Source: Balanoglossus misakiensis (Eukaryota; Animalia; Hemichordata). Taken from it: 64,000 nucleotides of DNA. Positions 38,101 to 52,723 of this stretch are shown here, in pieces; position 1 is the stretch's first letter, and every line of letters starts with the position of its first letter. A model generated the notes under the pieces. That model was not told the origin of the DNA. It did not search any database and was given only the letters and a program-made list of their open reading frames with translations. A program made the translations under genes and the position numbers. Location of the stretch: assembly GCA_040954595.2 (NCBI GenBank), contig CM082581.2, forward strand, positions 14,085,921-14,149,920, read 5' to 3'.

Positions 38101-41100
38101 TCAACCAAAAGCAAACGTGTTCTCCACTGTAACATTCGGTTAATTTTCTTACCCTTAATGTAAAAAGAATCTTTTAACAAAAGTAATTATGAGAAATTTA
38201 GAGTCGAGCGCTATTTTGTTTCAATTGTAATTGAAATGAAGGCATTTATTATTCTCTCAGGCCTAAATGTCGTTACGTTTTCTTTTATTGCCAGGGTTAA
38301 GCATACATGGCGGATACAGATGGCGTCTTCAATGATCGCAGAGGTAATATTGAAATAACACGGCTAAGCTGCTGCCACGCAAATGTTTCATAATTCAACA
38401 ATTCTAATAGGATCCCAACAAGATCGCCGTTTTAGAAGGCACGACGGGCTAATTCATCACTTTGGTTCGCAGCATTTCAAACCGAGTCTGACAGTTGTGA
38501 ACTTTGGTGGCGTTTTATGACCTCCAGTACGGCGCTTCACACCATAATGTTGTTGCTACACGCAGTGATTAACTCGCAGTGACAGTGCCGTGGTGCACGC
38601 GTCTTGTTCGATGAGTTAGATGAAAACAGCGAAATCACGTACGCTTGTGGGAACTCGGCACTGATAACACATGGCAGGATAGTGGTCTTCAGGAGGGCAT
38701 AAATCGGTGTCATCACCACGACCCAAACAAAATGGGACATCAAACAGTTAATTAATTGCATTTGCAGCAGGTAAGATCACGACTAACTAAAACAATCGGC
38801 AGGTTATAAGGTGTGATTGATTCAAGTTTAAGTACCGCGTAAGCTAATCACTCTCGTGGTGCAAAGAAATCCGAGAGTGTACACTGTTTCGCCCTGCGGT
38901 GAGATAGCGCTGGAAAGCCATCTGTTTTATATCAAACCCAGTTCTAAATAGAAATCGATATCTCAAGATTGATCTGTAAGAACACATCACAAGACTTTGT
39001 AAGTCTTCTTAGTCTCCGGGTTTAAAATATATCAACGCATCTTGATATCACATAATGTATTCATGTGGATACGAGAGTTAAGCGTACTTAATGTGGAAGA
39101 CACAATAGTTTTTTTTATGATAGTCGAGTGTAACTCTACTAATTAACCTGTTTTCTGAGACCTATCATTGATCTAGACTGTCCTTTTTTCTCTCTCTGCC
39201 ATTTCAATCGAAGGCCTATCCGTAACCGTCCTTTCGAATAACGACGGCCAATGAAAGCAAAATGGTGTCGCGTCGGCGGGAAGCATAGCAAGCAGTCATA
39301 AAGGTGAGTATCACGCTATTCGAATTCTATATTCTTTTATATGCCTTCATATAAGGTCTCTACTCACCCCATATGGCCTTAAATAAGGAATGAAAATCGT
39401 GGACAATGTGGGCATAAGCTGTGCTATTTTTACACTTTCTGAGCCTTTTTATCGCAATCTGAGAGAGAGATGTTTTATACGATTTTGCAGGGTTTGCCAG
39501 ACACCTTTTCATGTTGAAATTGAAAAGGGAGTGTGCAAATCTCGTATTCTGGGCATTCGGGTTGACCATCAATATTGATAAGTTGTGCTGACTATTCATT
39601 GGAGTTAATTCAGTTTCCGATACGAAGGTCTAAGCGTAATCATGCGGCATATGTTTGCCAATATATTCAATCTCGCAGAGCTCCGGTAGTGAGTATATTC
39701 CTCCCGTTTTACGGCCCGTTTTCCCTCGGCGACAGAAAAGCTTAAAGCGGTTTCTATCTGATATATACAGTCAAAACTATTACCGAAGCTCCAGTAAATT
39801 CACCACGTTTCTTGGAGACGAGTAAACTCTCTTGAATTGTACCGGGTCAGTCGGGAACCGTGGCAGCGTTTCGCCTCATGGAACAATCCTTATCATGCAA
39901 TTAACTGCCAAGCTACTCTTGGAAAAACAGCTGTACAAGCTCAGTCTGAAGGGATTCTCTTGAATGCTTCGGCTTCGATATAACCCAGAAGAGCAGTACT
40001 TGTTTTCAGAGCTTCTGCAGGCTTGAATACTCAACGATTCAGAGAATTAAAGACCGATTCTATCAGCTGAACATCCCTCACAATTTTCTGCATTCGCGCT
40101 CTGTGGCGCGACCTCTCCTTTACAAGGAAATAATTCTCTTGCAAAATCAACAATAGTTAAATTTTAAACGGAATTTGTTGCAGAGTAAAGACGGAAATCC
40201 GAGCAATTATAGTGCAGATAGCTTTCATGTCATCATATCTTCTATGGCGTCTCTTCATTGGGTGATTTGCAGGTACAAAGTCTGCCGAGCACCTGCCTCG
40301 ACACAAATTACTCGTCGTTTGCAGTTCTGCGCTGGGCGGAATTGTGAAACATAAATCCAAAATGCAAGAGCTCTGGAGGTCAGTGACATATATGAAAACA
40401 GTTTGTCTTTCACAAATCCAAAAATATATCTGTGTCTCATTTCTGCCCAAAACGTATGCAACCGGAAAAGCGTGTTGACACGAACGAGGCTGTGTCTACT
40501 ACATTGTTGTTTTAAAATTTGAACATTTCTGTTTCTCGCTTTTGCTTGCTTGTTGTCAGAGTCATCTCGTTAATTTCCCCTGAAAAATTAATACAAGAAA
40601 GCATCTTTTTGGGCAGCGATCATCTAACGGCAGAGGCCAAAATAGGTGTGCAGCATAGCTTCAGGTTGTCAGTTGATATAGCTTCGTACGCACTTCTCTC
40701 TGTTGTCGTGACTACATGTCTTGCTGTACACGTTCAATTACCCATAGTTCTAGGGGCTAAAAACGGAGCCAATGTAGCAGAAAATTGTTAGTTGCACGTT
40801 CATTTATTGATGGAAACACAACACATTATTTGTTAATGTCACTATGAGGCAAAGTCCTTCTGTTTCCTTTCCTGTTTTCTGTTTGTATAAACAAATGGAG
40901 TGACTTCGTGGATATCCTGGGGCAGAGAGGATTCCCGGTGAAATACTCTTCGACTGTTGCCGTCTCTTGCTAAACACAATGTCGCCACTTCCAGTATCTT
41001 TTACTTCGGCGCACAGAATGTGTCGTAAAGACTACCCCTGTCATGTTGTGGCGTCTTCACCACGCCTTCATTTGTTCGCTGACTGCCAATCAATTTGAAC

Positions 41101-42863
41101 TCTCTCAGATCCTGTAGCTGTCTAAAAGATCGTTAATGTTAAAATGTGGGTTGGCATTGTTTTCTTTCCTTTTAACGTGTGACGTTCAAAAGTTGAGAAC
41201 TGAGCTAGCGGTGTCACGATGTCAGCTCCAATTTATTGCTAGAGTATTGATAGCAGTCGTTGGACTATAAACAAGCTCCGAGTGAGTCGCTTCTCTCGGT
41301 TGAGACCAAAACAGTCAAGAGTTTGCTACATGACAAGTTTTTTTAAAGCGACGGATGTGGGCGTCTTCTGAAAAGGAAAGTGCTATCGATCGACAGAAAA
41401 CAATCTGTAGAGAACGTCCTACATCTTCGGTCAAGCATAGCAGAATTCATCGTGACTCTTCAATCAATCGTACGCATGTGCTAAAAAGAATTAAACAACA
41501 TCATACGGTGAGATATCTAACACATGCAAAACAATACTTTTTTTGCACTTTTGATATACCATTTAAAAATCTTACAAGAGGTTTTCTAATCTGCATCAGA
41601 AAAATACAGCTGTACGTTTAGTGTCTACTTTAGCAAACTTGACATTACTTTTTCAAAAAACATTATCACGACAATTTTCATTAATTAGCAAGACCTTCTC
41701 TCGTAGCTGCAGTGACGTTAGTTTGTTCCCAGTTGCCTTTGGAGCATCCAAGAAAAATATCCGACCTTGGAGATAATTACTCTTCCGAGTTCATTTAAGT
41801 CCTCAAGGTTTTGTGCATTTTCATTTTCAACGGAATGTACATGTATGCCTGAGTCAAACATTTGTCTTTGTGAGTTATTTATCTATGAAATGGCGTCTGT
41901 ACCGGTAGTTACTCACGTGCAGACAGAACCGTCCAAGACTTTGCATACAGATACATTAACATTTGATATATTTATTTGTCATGATAAACGTACCGGGTTG
42001 ATGTAGTTGGAATCTGGTCATTTAAATCACCGTTATTCAATTTTTATTTTTTTCTGTTCTCTGGCGCCGGCAATAAGTCTGTGAACAAGTCCACGTAAAA
42101 TACCTTCCGGAATCAGCTTCTTAAAACAATCCCGCCAATGATGGTAGCAATGTGCTACTTTCTCAAGGACTCTCCTAATAGACACGACTGTGGACGACCC
42201 TTGCGTTTAATGTTGTAGCGTGAAAAGAATCCTCCAGAAGTGAATGGCTTAGCAGTTTCTTGAGTAACGTGGGCGACCGTAAGGGTCGGTTGTAGACGAT
42301 TCTCAGCGGCATAAAATCAGCGCGTGTCTTGTCTGATTCCTACGGCAAATCTCTCTTCAGTTTAAACCCTGTGACTCAGCAGTGAAACATGAATCCGCCG
42401 CAGTGTTCAGCAATCCGATATTCATGATTCTGACTTAGACGGCGGTGTGTGAGAGCATCGGCACATGTCAAAACCTTTGTTGTGATGAATTAAGACTGAT
42501 GCGTGTTGTTCTGAAGCAACAGTCTATCTAGGGGTAGAATGAATACACTCCTGTAAAAACGAAGGGCTTACACTGCATTGAAATATCTAGACCAATATTA
42601 TAGTTCAATTAAACTCTACACTCTTGTGAATAGAGAAAAATTATGTGAAATGACATGGCATATTGTACTTAAGAAAAAAATATTTTGCAAAACTAAAATT
42701 GCTGAGAGTTATTAAAATCAGCGGTGAACGGTCAGTGACATGGCATGCCTTCATTACCGCAGTGCATGTAGTTGCCGTGGACAGTTTCAGTTACGTTTTA
42801 TAATAACACACAGTGCCAGTAATAATAATCCTTTCCGAAAAGGGTTATCTGTATAAGATTCCC

Positions 42864-42877
42864 GTTACCATGACAAC
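42864..42877. promoter_or_regulatory. RFX X-box-like site GTTACCATGACAAC
   Basis: Close match to the GTTNCCATGGNAAC consensus. Confidence 0.35.
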
Positions 42878-45800
42878 ATGCTGTGGTTTGCCGTGAGCCG
42901 TATTATCAAGAGTTCTTATATGAAAAAAGACATTTTGAACGTATGGGCATGAGTATTGAATGTACACGCATAGCAATGTGTCTGGCAGGCAGGCAGTATG
43001 TAGATTCCGGAGTGTCTTTCGTTTCCGCTTATGTTAGTTAGGAGACTGGGTCCAGAGTTTTATTAACACGAAAACAGGACACCGTGGAAATGAGTCTTTA
43101 CGCCAAGTGTCCTTGATTCCGCGCTTTATGTTCTTGTTGTTCAACACGGGCGAAATAATTACCTCGGAGACCTCAGAGAAAACGTTTCCGTAGGTTTGTT
43201 TGGTACACCGGCGTAATGATTATTGCACAGATTGAAATGACCTTCAAACAGAAAGATTCAGAGGCTATTATAAAACATTAGAGCAAATATTGTTCGTTTC
43301 GAATGAAGAATCACAAAAATCAAGTTCGCGGCTATTAAAGTTTGTCAAGGATGAATCATGATAGTAATATGCACTCTTCTAACGAAAAACCGTATTTCCT
43401 AGTATGATCTCCCGGACCTGATTGTTATTTGTTCATTTGTCTTGAAGGAAGGAAAGAAGGCAAAGAGTTAGGTGAACTTGCTCCAACCCCAAGGAGACTG
43501 TTTTCTCTTTTTTTAAATGTGGGAAATTTGATGTTGTCAGAGATGACAAGATTCGAGCCGTGCGTGGTTCCGTTGAATTAGAACTAGAGCGCCTACCGAC
43601 GATTTAAAATTATGACACAAAGACAGCACTAAGAGAAAGTAAAATTGCATGTTATGGGACATGATCAGGATCTCGATTGTATGTGTATCTGTATATTGCC
43701 AAGGAAGCCGTTTTGCCACTTTGAGTAGTTGAGAATACTTATGGCGGATTACTGGCCGATTGGCCTGACCTTTGACCACTCAATCATTTACGAAGAAACC
43801 TCGTATTTTATTCGACGCGCTGTTTCGTGAAACGCTCAGTAGGCCGTTAAATGAAGTACAACATGTATTAGCTCGTTAAAGTATCTAACATTACTTCTGT
43901 GAAAAAGTGTTTGTGCATCCCATTGATCACTTTTAGTCGAAATTACCACGATCCATCAGCAAATGGAGTCAAGCCCACGTGGATAAATCCGGAGACATGC
44001 TCGAAAAAAGGGGATTTGAGAAATGAGCGGGAAAATATATATTTGAACACCAACCGCCTGAGAGAAGTAGTAGTTTCACTGCATTGCGGGATACTGTGAA
44101 ATAAGATACTGCAACATTAGTCCCGGAATAATGACAGATGACTTATTTATTTTTATGGAGGTAAGTAAACTCGGCGTACATGGAAAGTAATTTGATTTGT
44201 CAGCTTTTAAAGTGCTCTTGCTTGTACTCGACCATCGACAATATTGTAACACCTGCTAACAAACGAGTTTGTGGTTTCAAGGACCATAAGATTGTGTGAC
44301 GTCGGTCTGTCACGGATCCTTCTCGCTTACACTTTTCGCTGCTACTTTTCCCGCCATTTATGGTGAGGCGCAAGTGGTCGTTTCCGTGTGACGCTGTTTT
44401 CTTCCTCTGTGCAGTGTGATCAGATCCACAGCGAACATTTTGATCAAAATCAATCCAAATTCACATATTATGATGAAACAAAGTGTTAAACGATTTTATA
44501 AAGGTTATCGTGACCTCTATTACGGATAAGCCGACTAATATGAAGGATATAATTCACGAAACGCACCAACGTTTTGAAAGACAGTTAAATATGTCAAAAC
44601 CAACTAAAATTATTATACTTATAATAGGGCTCCATTATGTATCTGATAAAAATCACTGCCATTTCTTGGACACGTTTCTGTAAATATTTGTAAATTAAGT
44701 CATTCATTGGAATTGTGGTTTGAAAACATTGAACACTTTAGAGTAATAATCGGTAAAGTATGTTCAGCTCACCATCGAAGCATGAACACCTTTTAAGAGC
44801 AATGTTATAAACATTTGAATTTTAGTCTGGACTAAAAAATTCACTGACTGTCAACAATAACATTTGTAGTTACATGTGTATAGGCTGTCACAGTGGGGAC
44901 CAGCTGATAATACTGGATGTGTCAACATTTTGCAGGGAGTGAAATGTATTGGATACAGAATATAAATGATGAAAATGTTACCATAAGTTACACTATTCTT
45001 TTGATATTAATATCGAACGATGATGGAATTTTCTCCAGATATAATACATGTACCTGTTCTTAGAATTTATATCAGGCTCCGCGGGGATTTTGTGTCTTTT
45101 ATTACATTTCTTGGCGGATAACATAATCTGGAGAGGGTATCATCTTCTCCTGTGTCTGTTCGTCTGCTGACAGTGCTACGCCCCAAGCTTAATATTGAGA
45201 TCACGTCTGCTAAATACTCAGAAAATAAACCCGACATGACTAGGTGTATACATCAAATGGACATGGCTGGGTCCTTTATTCTCCCTAAATGCTGCTCTTG
45301 TACTTCATCTCACAGTCAAATGTAGACAGAGTCTCTGAATTGAATGAATGAGATCGTGGAACGCACAGGCTGCAGTATTGTACTAATATTCTTTGACATG
45401 CGTCTGATTGCCTTTGGGTCAGCTGTTGGTCTCTTTTCCCCAAGGGTTCTGTTTTTTAAAGAAAATCAACGTTAATGGTGCGTTACGTTAGAAAACAAAA
45501 AGTCTGTGTTGATTTTTATCTCGTTCTCCCTCAAGTTCGATTTCACAGAATCGTCAGACTTCTGTGTTTTCTAATATGTGATGTTGTGTTTTTGCTCACA
45601 GTTCACGAGCCTTGCAAGACATTTTCAAAATACGACATTCTCATTTGCATATTTCAGATACATGTACATGTATACGCTAATAGTAGATTTTCAAAAGGTA
45701 CTATTGCCCTAGTTTAAAAAGTTTACCTACCCCGACCCACAACCAGAAATATTGCAATTACTGGTCATAATAATTGAGAAAGTAATATATTCTGCTAAGT

Positions 45801-47025
45801 AATCCTGTTACAATTACATTATGGCAACTAAAATCAATAATATTCGCTTGTTTAGTACAATTATATAAGGTTGATGTAATATAAAGTTCGAACGATGCAA
45901 AAACAACCCTGAAACTATTTGCTGGTGTCGCGAACTTGACATGTTCAGTGCTAGGGGCACGAATTAGCTGAGCGGAAACATCGGTTTTACATTAAGATGT
46001 AGAAAGCACAGACGAGGAAAAAGTGGAACTGAATTTGGTCAGGGGCAACTAATATGACATCTTGGAAATCGGCATCGACTTCAACTTTGCAGTTAAATTG
46101 GAAAGGTCAACACGATAAGTATAATGGAGACAGCCACTGAAATGCATGTAGGCCAGAAACACCTGACCAGGTTTTGTTGCAAGCACTGGTTTGAACCACG
46201 TTCGATGCAGAAAACTACAGCAGACGATAAAGATACTCTCAGGATCAACACATCTTCCACAAACTAGTATCACAGGGAGACTGTCTGCATCCTAGCACTA
46301 GAAGGCTCAAAGCCCGGTATTATGATGTGCTAGTTGCCAAATTTACTAAAAAGGGACACACAATTAACATAAAATCCAAGATTTTCATTTTCGTAAAGGT
46401 TTTAAACTTAATTGTAACCGGCACAATTTTGTTGTGTTTTTGTTTTTGTATTCATATATACAGTCAGAATACCGAGTTATAGATGCATGTGTGAGTTTCA
46501 TGCTCTTTATCAGAGCAATGTACCAATGGATGTGAACACAATCGTAGGCGCGAAATGCAACTGCATGCAATGCATACTAATGTAAGTCGCCTCTTAGCCA
46601 AAAACAACTGTTCTGAAAAATCAGAGAATTAACATATATTAATCTCCTTTAACTTTCTATCCAAAAATTCAACCAATTTTAAATTCACCGATTTGTGTTT
46701 ATTTGTTGCTTGACCACATGTTTTTTATTAAAAATGATTTGCGCTGTCAATTTTCTCTCTGTCGTATTTTAAACGGCACTGTGTACATTCACAGGAGATT
46801 GTCTTTCCGTGCACGAAGTTGACACCATTTCCTGGAATTTTGACATTGTCCGTGCTTAACCCTTCTTGATTGGGTCTATTCAGCTGAAATGAGTGGTGCT
46901 TTCACGCCAAGAACGTGCTCTGTAAAACACCGTCTGCCTTATGCATTTACATGTCTTTTCCCCGTTGCCCATTAAGTTCGGTCATTTCCCGTTCATGTTT
47001 ATACTCTAACGTGCTTTCATTTCGG

Positions 47026-47148
47026 CTAATGTACAGAGTCAAGGTCGCTTATGTTTGAGAACCACTTGATCCGCCGTCGACCAATAGCGTGCGAGGAATG
47101 TCTTGCTCCCGGCTGTCTAATATCTAATGGCAATGATAGTCCGCATCT
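47026..47148 (-). other. Candidate exon start on the - strand (acceptor at 47149/47148)
   Basis: The - strand reads ctaatcaatttttgttattgtgttttatttcag|AGATGC: branch-point-like CTAAT about 30 nt upstream, a U-rich tract and CAG. The phase-0 frame is open for 40 codons to a TAG. The true exon end is unknown. Confidence 0.25.
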
Positions 47149-47410
47149 CTGAAATAAAACACAATAACAAAAATTGATTAGATAGAAAAAGTGTGACATC
47201 ACAAAATCATTTTCGTCATCATTGGAGATGATTCCTTTCGTAGACTCCTTGTGTCTGGTGTGCATCGATGGCGTTCTGAAGGTTATTGTATTTTGCGGAT
47301 GTTTTCAGGAAAAGGTAATTCTCAACATCCGTTGGTTTGTTTTGGGAGTATAATGGCAGTTTACTGAACTGTTCTTTCACATATACGATTAAGCAAAGGC
47401 TTAGAATCTT

Positions 47411-48087
47411 CCACGTGACTATTAGATTTTTAGGTAAATTGAAGTCTCGCGAGAGGTCATATGTACGCTTGAGAATAGATTAGTGCAGCATGAAGTGATA
47501 GGCCGGGTGAAGGCGGTGAAATGTCATCATATGTGTTCCACATTTTGTGATTGATTATAATGCAATCATCTAAGTTTACAAAAATAAATTTCATAATGGG
47601 TTGGATCAATATTTACAGTGCTTATTATGAATTCAAATTGTCATTAGGTACATGTAGTAAGATTTGTCGTGTTGCTACTTAAAAGTCGTGTTATCTAATC
47701 GTTACCCAAGAGAAACCTGCCCTCTGTCGGGCGGGAAATAGTATGAATGTAGTCTGTGGCTGACATGCATGTCGTTCACGTCTTTCTGACGGCGGGAAAA
47801 TCCCACTAACGGAAACAATTAGACGAATTTACGAGCTTTAACTCAGATAATAGATTGAAGATAACAGAGATGGGAATGGTAAAAAAATCCTCTGTCATTC
47901 CCCGTAAGGTAATACGATGTGATCAGTTGGCTCATTTGCCTGGTCAACTCAGAGATTTATGGGGTGCTCTGCGGAAGTGATATGCTTTTAACAAAGTGCA
48001 CAATTATTTACAGTAAAATGTGAATAGTGCATCTCCCGCCATATTGTGCATAGTCGTCTGTGCGGTCATAAGTTTTCCTTTCCCGCC
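47411..48087. promoter_or_regulatory. Motif cluster: E-box, TCTCGCGAGA (CGCG/BANP-type) and three E2F-type GGCGGGAAA sites
   Basis: CCACGTGAC 47411, TCTCGCGAGA 47445-47454, GGCGGGAAA 47730 and 47791, TTTCCCGCC 48079. Confidence 0.35.
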
Positions 48088-51000
48088 AGCCGAGACTATG
48101 ACAGATAGCGCGCCAGAAAATCTGTAGTAGGTTAAGAGGCCGAGGTTATAATCGTAAATATATCAGAAGAAGTAAATTTAATGGAATTAATAATCATTGT
48201 ACAGTTTGACCCCGCCAAATGAAAACTAGTACATCATACTTATTTCATAATTTCTAAAACCTACCTTCCTCTATATGATAAAATATGTAAAAATTATTTT
48301 CCGGTCTGATGTGTTGACGTGTTAAACTGTTTAAGATTGTGATACAATTATCCAGTAAAAGAGGACTCACACATTTCCTGACAAAAAGCGCAGATTTGAA
48401 TCGCTTGTGTGTAATGATCCTTGGGATTCGGAACTAGAACTGGAAAACGATATTTGCGGTTTCAAATGTTCGCAGACGTTTCTTGAAAGGAAAATGCCAG
48501 CAATCATAATCGAGCCAACTTGAAAGGAAATGACATGTGATAAAACATCCATCCCGGCTGCACTCTATATAATTGCGCTTTTAGAACAAAATAAGTTGAC
48601 AAGTGTCAATTTTATCTTGCTTCAAGGGCGGTGGATTAAGCTTATTTGCGGGGTCATACTCGCTGATTTCACACAAAAAACTCGCATAGTCTGTGTCCTG
48701 TTAGTGATGCGGTTTTCAAAGGCGAGAGTGAAAGAATGTGTTCTGTAGGCACTCATGATTTCTTCTTTTCCCGCGCAGTTTGCAGTCATCATTCCGGCGG
48801 CGAATTAAGATACAGTCCTTGCTAAAGGAAAAAAAGGGGGATATATCACGCATTTTAAGGAAATTAGAAATCTACTAGTTGTATTTCGACACTAACGTAT
48901 AGCGGATTCTTTTTGGAAATATCGATTAAAGTCATCAAATCTGCCACCACCAACCTCCAGTACGTCACGATATCCTCGAATGATTCGCTGAAATAAACTA
49001 TCTGAAGGTTCTGTAAATTATATTTATTTTGACTCGTCAATTAATATTTCTGTATGGGATGTTGACAACCATACCCGTTGAAAGCAAATATTTCGCTAAT
49101 ATATTTCAGTATTTTACTCTGTGTATCAACTGTACAGGATTGCAATAGCTAAGAGTTTAAGGCAAGTTAGAATTTGGACATTATATGGGTATGAACACGT
49201 ATAATTTAAATGTAAGATGTGTTAGCGCCCTCAGGAGATGGATTAGCCAGCCTTTTGCCCGGGTTTTGTCAGATTCGGTTGACCAGTTGGTACGAACTAT
49301 GACAAAGGATCTTGTCACGCGGACACATTGAACAGCCTTCTCATCAGCTTGTTACTGCAAGAGTTTTTCCCCGAATGATCTACTGAAAGTGCTTTGCGCA
49401 TGCGCCTTGGAACAGCACCCACAGTTGGAGAGGCAAATATCTCGAAGGAAAATCTCCTCGAGTACGTGAAGAGCGAGATTATTCGAGCTTAAAGTACCGG
49501 CGGGTAAAACTGCAAATGTCATAAACGGAAATAGTATTTGAAAAGCTATACATAAATTTTACATTAACGGGTGCGTTTTGCATGGGAGTAACTTTCTAAA
49601 TGGCTTGCATATGTAGTAATTAACCCGAGGTGTTTTCGAGCGATTTACATGGAAAGTTGTTGTAACGATCGCTAATGCGCTAACCAAAATGGTCACCAGT
49701 TAAATCGCTGGGATTTACTGGCATGGGAGTTCCTACTGAAAATTACATTCTCAAGCTAATTCTCCGCCACTGGACTTAAATAAGCGTGACCGGTCGTTAA
49801 TTAGGGAGCTGTATTTGTCCACGACAATTTACGAACCAAGTGGCGGAGATTTCTGTTCGGTATTGTCCCGAATGTCAGCACGTGGATGGACGGCACTACA
49901 AATCAAAATGGCCACCCATAGGGCAGCCAATTAAAACTGTGAGAGATATTTATTTGTTGACTGGCTCTCGTTTATACCTAAACGAGCGTTTGCCCATCCA
50001 CAGTAGCCCCGATGAGCTTCTATAATGTTTGGTTTGTGATTAGGGGTTAAGTAAGACCACTCCACAGCCAGAGGCGACAGTGTGTAATTGGTAAAATGTT
50101 TAAAACATCCTTCGTGAAAATAAATATTGGCCATTGTTGGGGGCGCTACAGTCAAATAGATTTATCTCTTAGCAAATTTTATGTGGTCTTCGCCGATCTT
50201 AATCTATCAACCGTCGCTGTGAAGTATCTATTCCGCCTCGTTGATCACGTGACAGGTACGGGTTAAAAGTGGTTGTAATCATCGTTGGAAGGAACAACTG
50301 CGCAGTACGATGGTTAGAACGATTTTTATGGTAATCTGAAATTTTAAAAGTGGGCAGCCGATATGAGATTTTTAGTCAAAACTGCTTGTTTGCCCCAGGA
50401 TACCATAAAGTAAGTCGGAGTTCGGTGCGATTATATACACGGCAAGTTTCCATGCATAACCCCGCGGAAGGGGCCAATTAGCCACCACTCCCAGTGGTCT
50501 CTGTAAGTCTTGCGTTCAGCTCGGTAAATCACTCATTATCGCAGATCGGACAGTAATAACGACACTTGGCGGTTTTTGTTTTTTCTTTTAATTCCTTGGA
50601 AGCTGAGGGTCTTTCACCGGCTTCAGAATAGTTCGACAAGCAAATGAGGTTTTGTCCTCGTGCACACATTTTTCATCCGCGTGGATGTTTGCTGGATTTG
50701 TATGCAGCGTGGCTGTGTCACAGACAGTGCGTCGATCTGCGAACAGTCGAACGCAGGAGTCGTGCTGTGTAACAACACTTGTTAGCCTCCATCAAATCCG
50801 TGGATTTCTTTAGAGTGACATTTCGCCTGTGCCGAAGAATCACGATGATTTCGTGGTAGGTGTTTTCATTTATTTCAAAAAAGGAGAAGGGCGAATACGG
50901 CCGACATCCTGTCTAACTGGCGTCTTAAACATCGCGGGTTAGGCTTATACCACATCCGTGATCCTACCCGTGTTTGATCAACGAATGTATTCACAAACCT

Positions 51001-51852
51001 TTCGCTTCTTATACATCTTGTGCATTCGCTCCAGCTTTCACTGGAAACACGATAAAAAGAGATTGCATTTGAATGGCACAGTTTGGCTCAAAAAGATTCT
51101 ATAGATTGCTTTGCATTGTATTTTGAAGCCAATTTAATGCACCATCTCTCGCACTTCAGGGGCACGACACTGGCAGTGTTATCAGTTTACAGAAAGGAAC
51201 TTGCTTTCTGTGGATCAATTAGGTGTGGATTTGCCTTGTTGGTCACAGAATATCGAAATAGCAACGATGCTCCCTGATTTTGCCAAATTGATACAGAGGC
51301 CGAGTGCAGGCCTTACGCTTCAAATTGCCAGTGGAAAAAATATTAACTGTCACGGGCAATTATTGCAAAATGTCAGCTCTGCGTGTCAACAGGAAAGGCA
51401 GCCTTGCCGTGGCGGCAATCAACAATATTTTTATGTCCGCAATTATTTTGAGTGATTTCTGTACATGTATAAGCTGTGTTCACTACGCTGTTCGCGTCAG
51501 GGATAGTCAGTGAGTGTACTTTTCCGCGTGAGTGCCTTGTACTAGTAGGCAAGGCGGGAAAACATTGTAGACCACGCGTGCTCTGGTACATGTCTACTGG
51601 TGGCCTTTAGTTTAAACATCACTCTCTTGTCTGTCACGTGCTCTGTGAATGGATGCTTTAGATGAGGACAAATCGCAGGTGGGCAATCGGCCAAGGTAAA
51701 ACAATTTAACTAGGGTCAACCTGATGGTCTCGATTGATGTTGTGTGTTTTTAAGAATGTGTACGTGTAAAGGGCAGAAGAAATGGAAAAACACGGATAGG
51801 CAGTTTTTCATCATTGGGAGACATATGTTAGCGTCAGAGGCGATGGAGAGGA

Positions 51853-51883
<31 letters not shown>

Positions 51884-51886
51884 GAC
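51853..51886. repeat. (AG)n/(ACAG)n compound microsatellite
   Basis: About 9 AG units followed by acag units; directly visible. Confidence 0.9.
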
Positions 51887-52723
51887 TCAATATACATAGC
51901 ACAAGAGACCGAGGTTTAGGTTAGATTAGATTTGACATGATTCATATACACATCGTACACTGTTGTCTGATATATTGCACCTGGCTAAGTAAAGAACATC
52001 GCGCACCAATATTGTAATGTTTCACAGATCCATCCAACATGTATACAGCTGTGCTTGCCATAGTTGACCTAACTCGCGAGCCAAAGTAGCGCAAGGGTTC
52101 GGGACAGGGCAAAAGCAGACGACTGATAATTAAAATTGTCAACAGCTGCTTGTGGTCCTCTCACCTCCAGTCAAAACCATGTCGCCGCAGCTCACCTATA
52201 ACATTCTAGCGATACCACAAGTCACCCCAACGGGTGCACGTGTCGATAGCATATCTCACAACGAGGCCTGCCATATTAGTAGCACCTCACCATTAAGTGT
52301 GTGTACGGTCTTTGTTATTTGCCACTGTGATACTGTTTTATCCAAATCCCCAATATGCAGAGAGCGAGCGAGAGAGAGTGATAGATCAGACCGGAATATC
52401 GACAAGGGAATAAGTAGTGAATAAGTGCTGCGATTGAAAGAATGACCGTCACATTCTTCGTATTCGTATGTTTAGTGAGAGGTACACAGTCAGACACTCT
52501 GTGTGTGGTTGCAACTGCAGGGAAAAACACGTTTAATCAATCTCCGGCAGTCCATATGACGTAACAGTCAATTACTCTGACCGCAGTTTGCTAAATGTGT
52601 TCAAGCTGGCTGAGGTTCTCCTTGTGGTGAGGGACCGTGATGCCGTGTAATTTCAACGCCTGTACCTTATCCAGATCTGAACGCGCTTTGTTGTGGAGAG
52701 CAGAAATGTATTTCTGAATCAAT

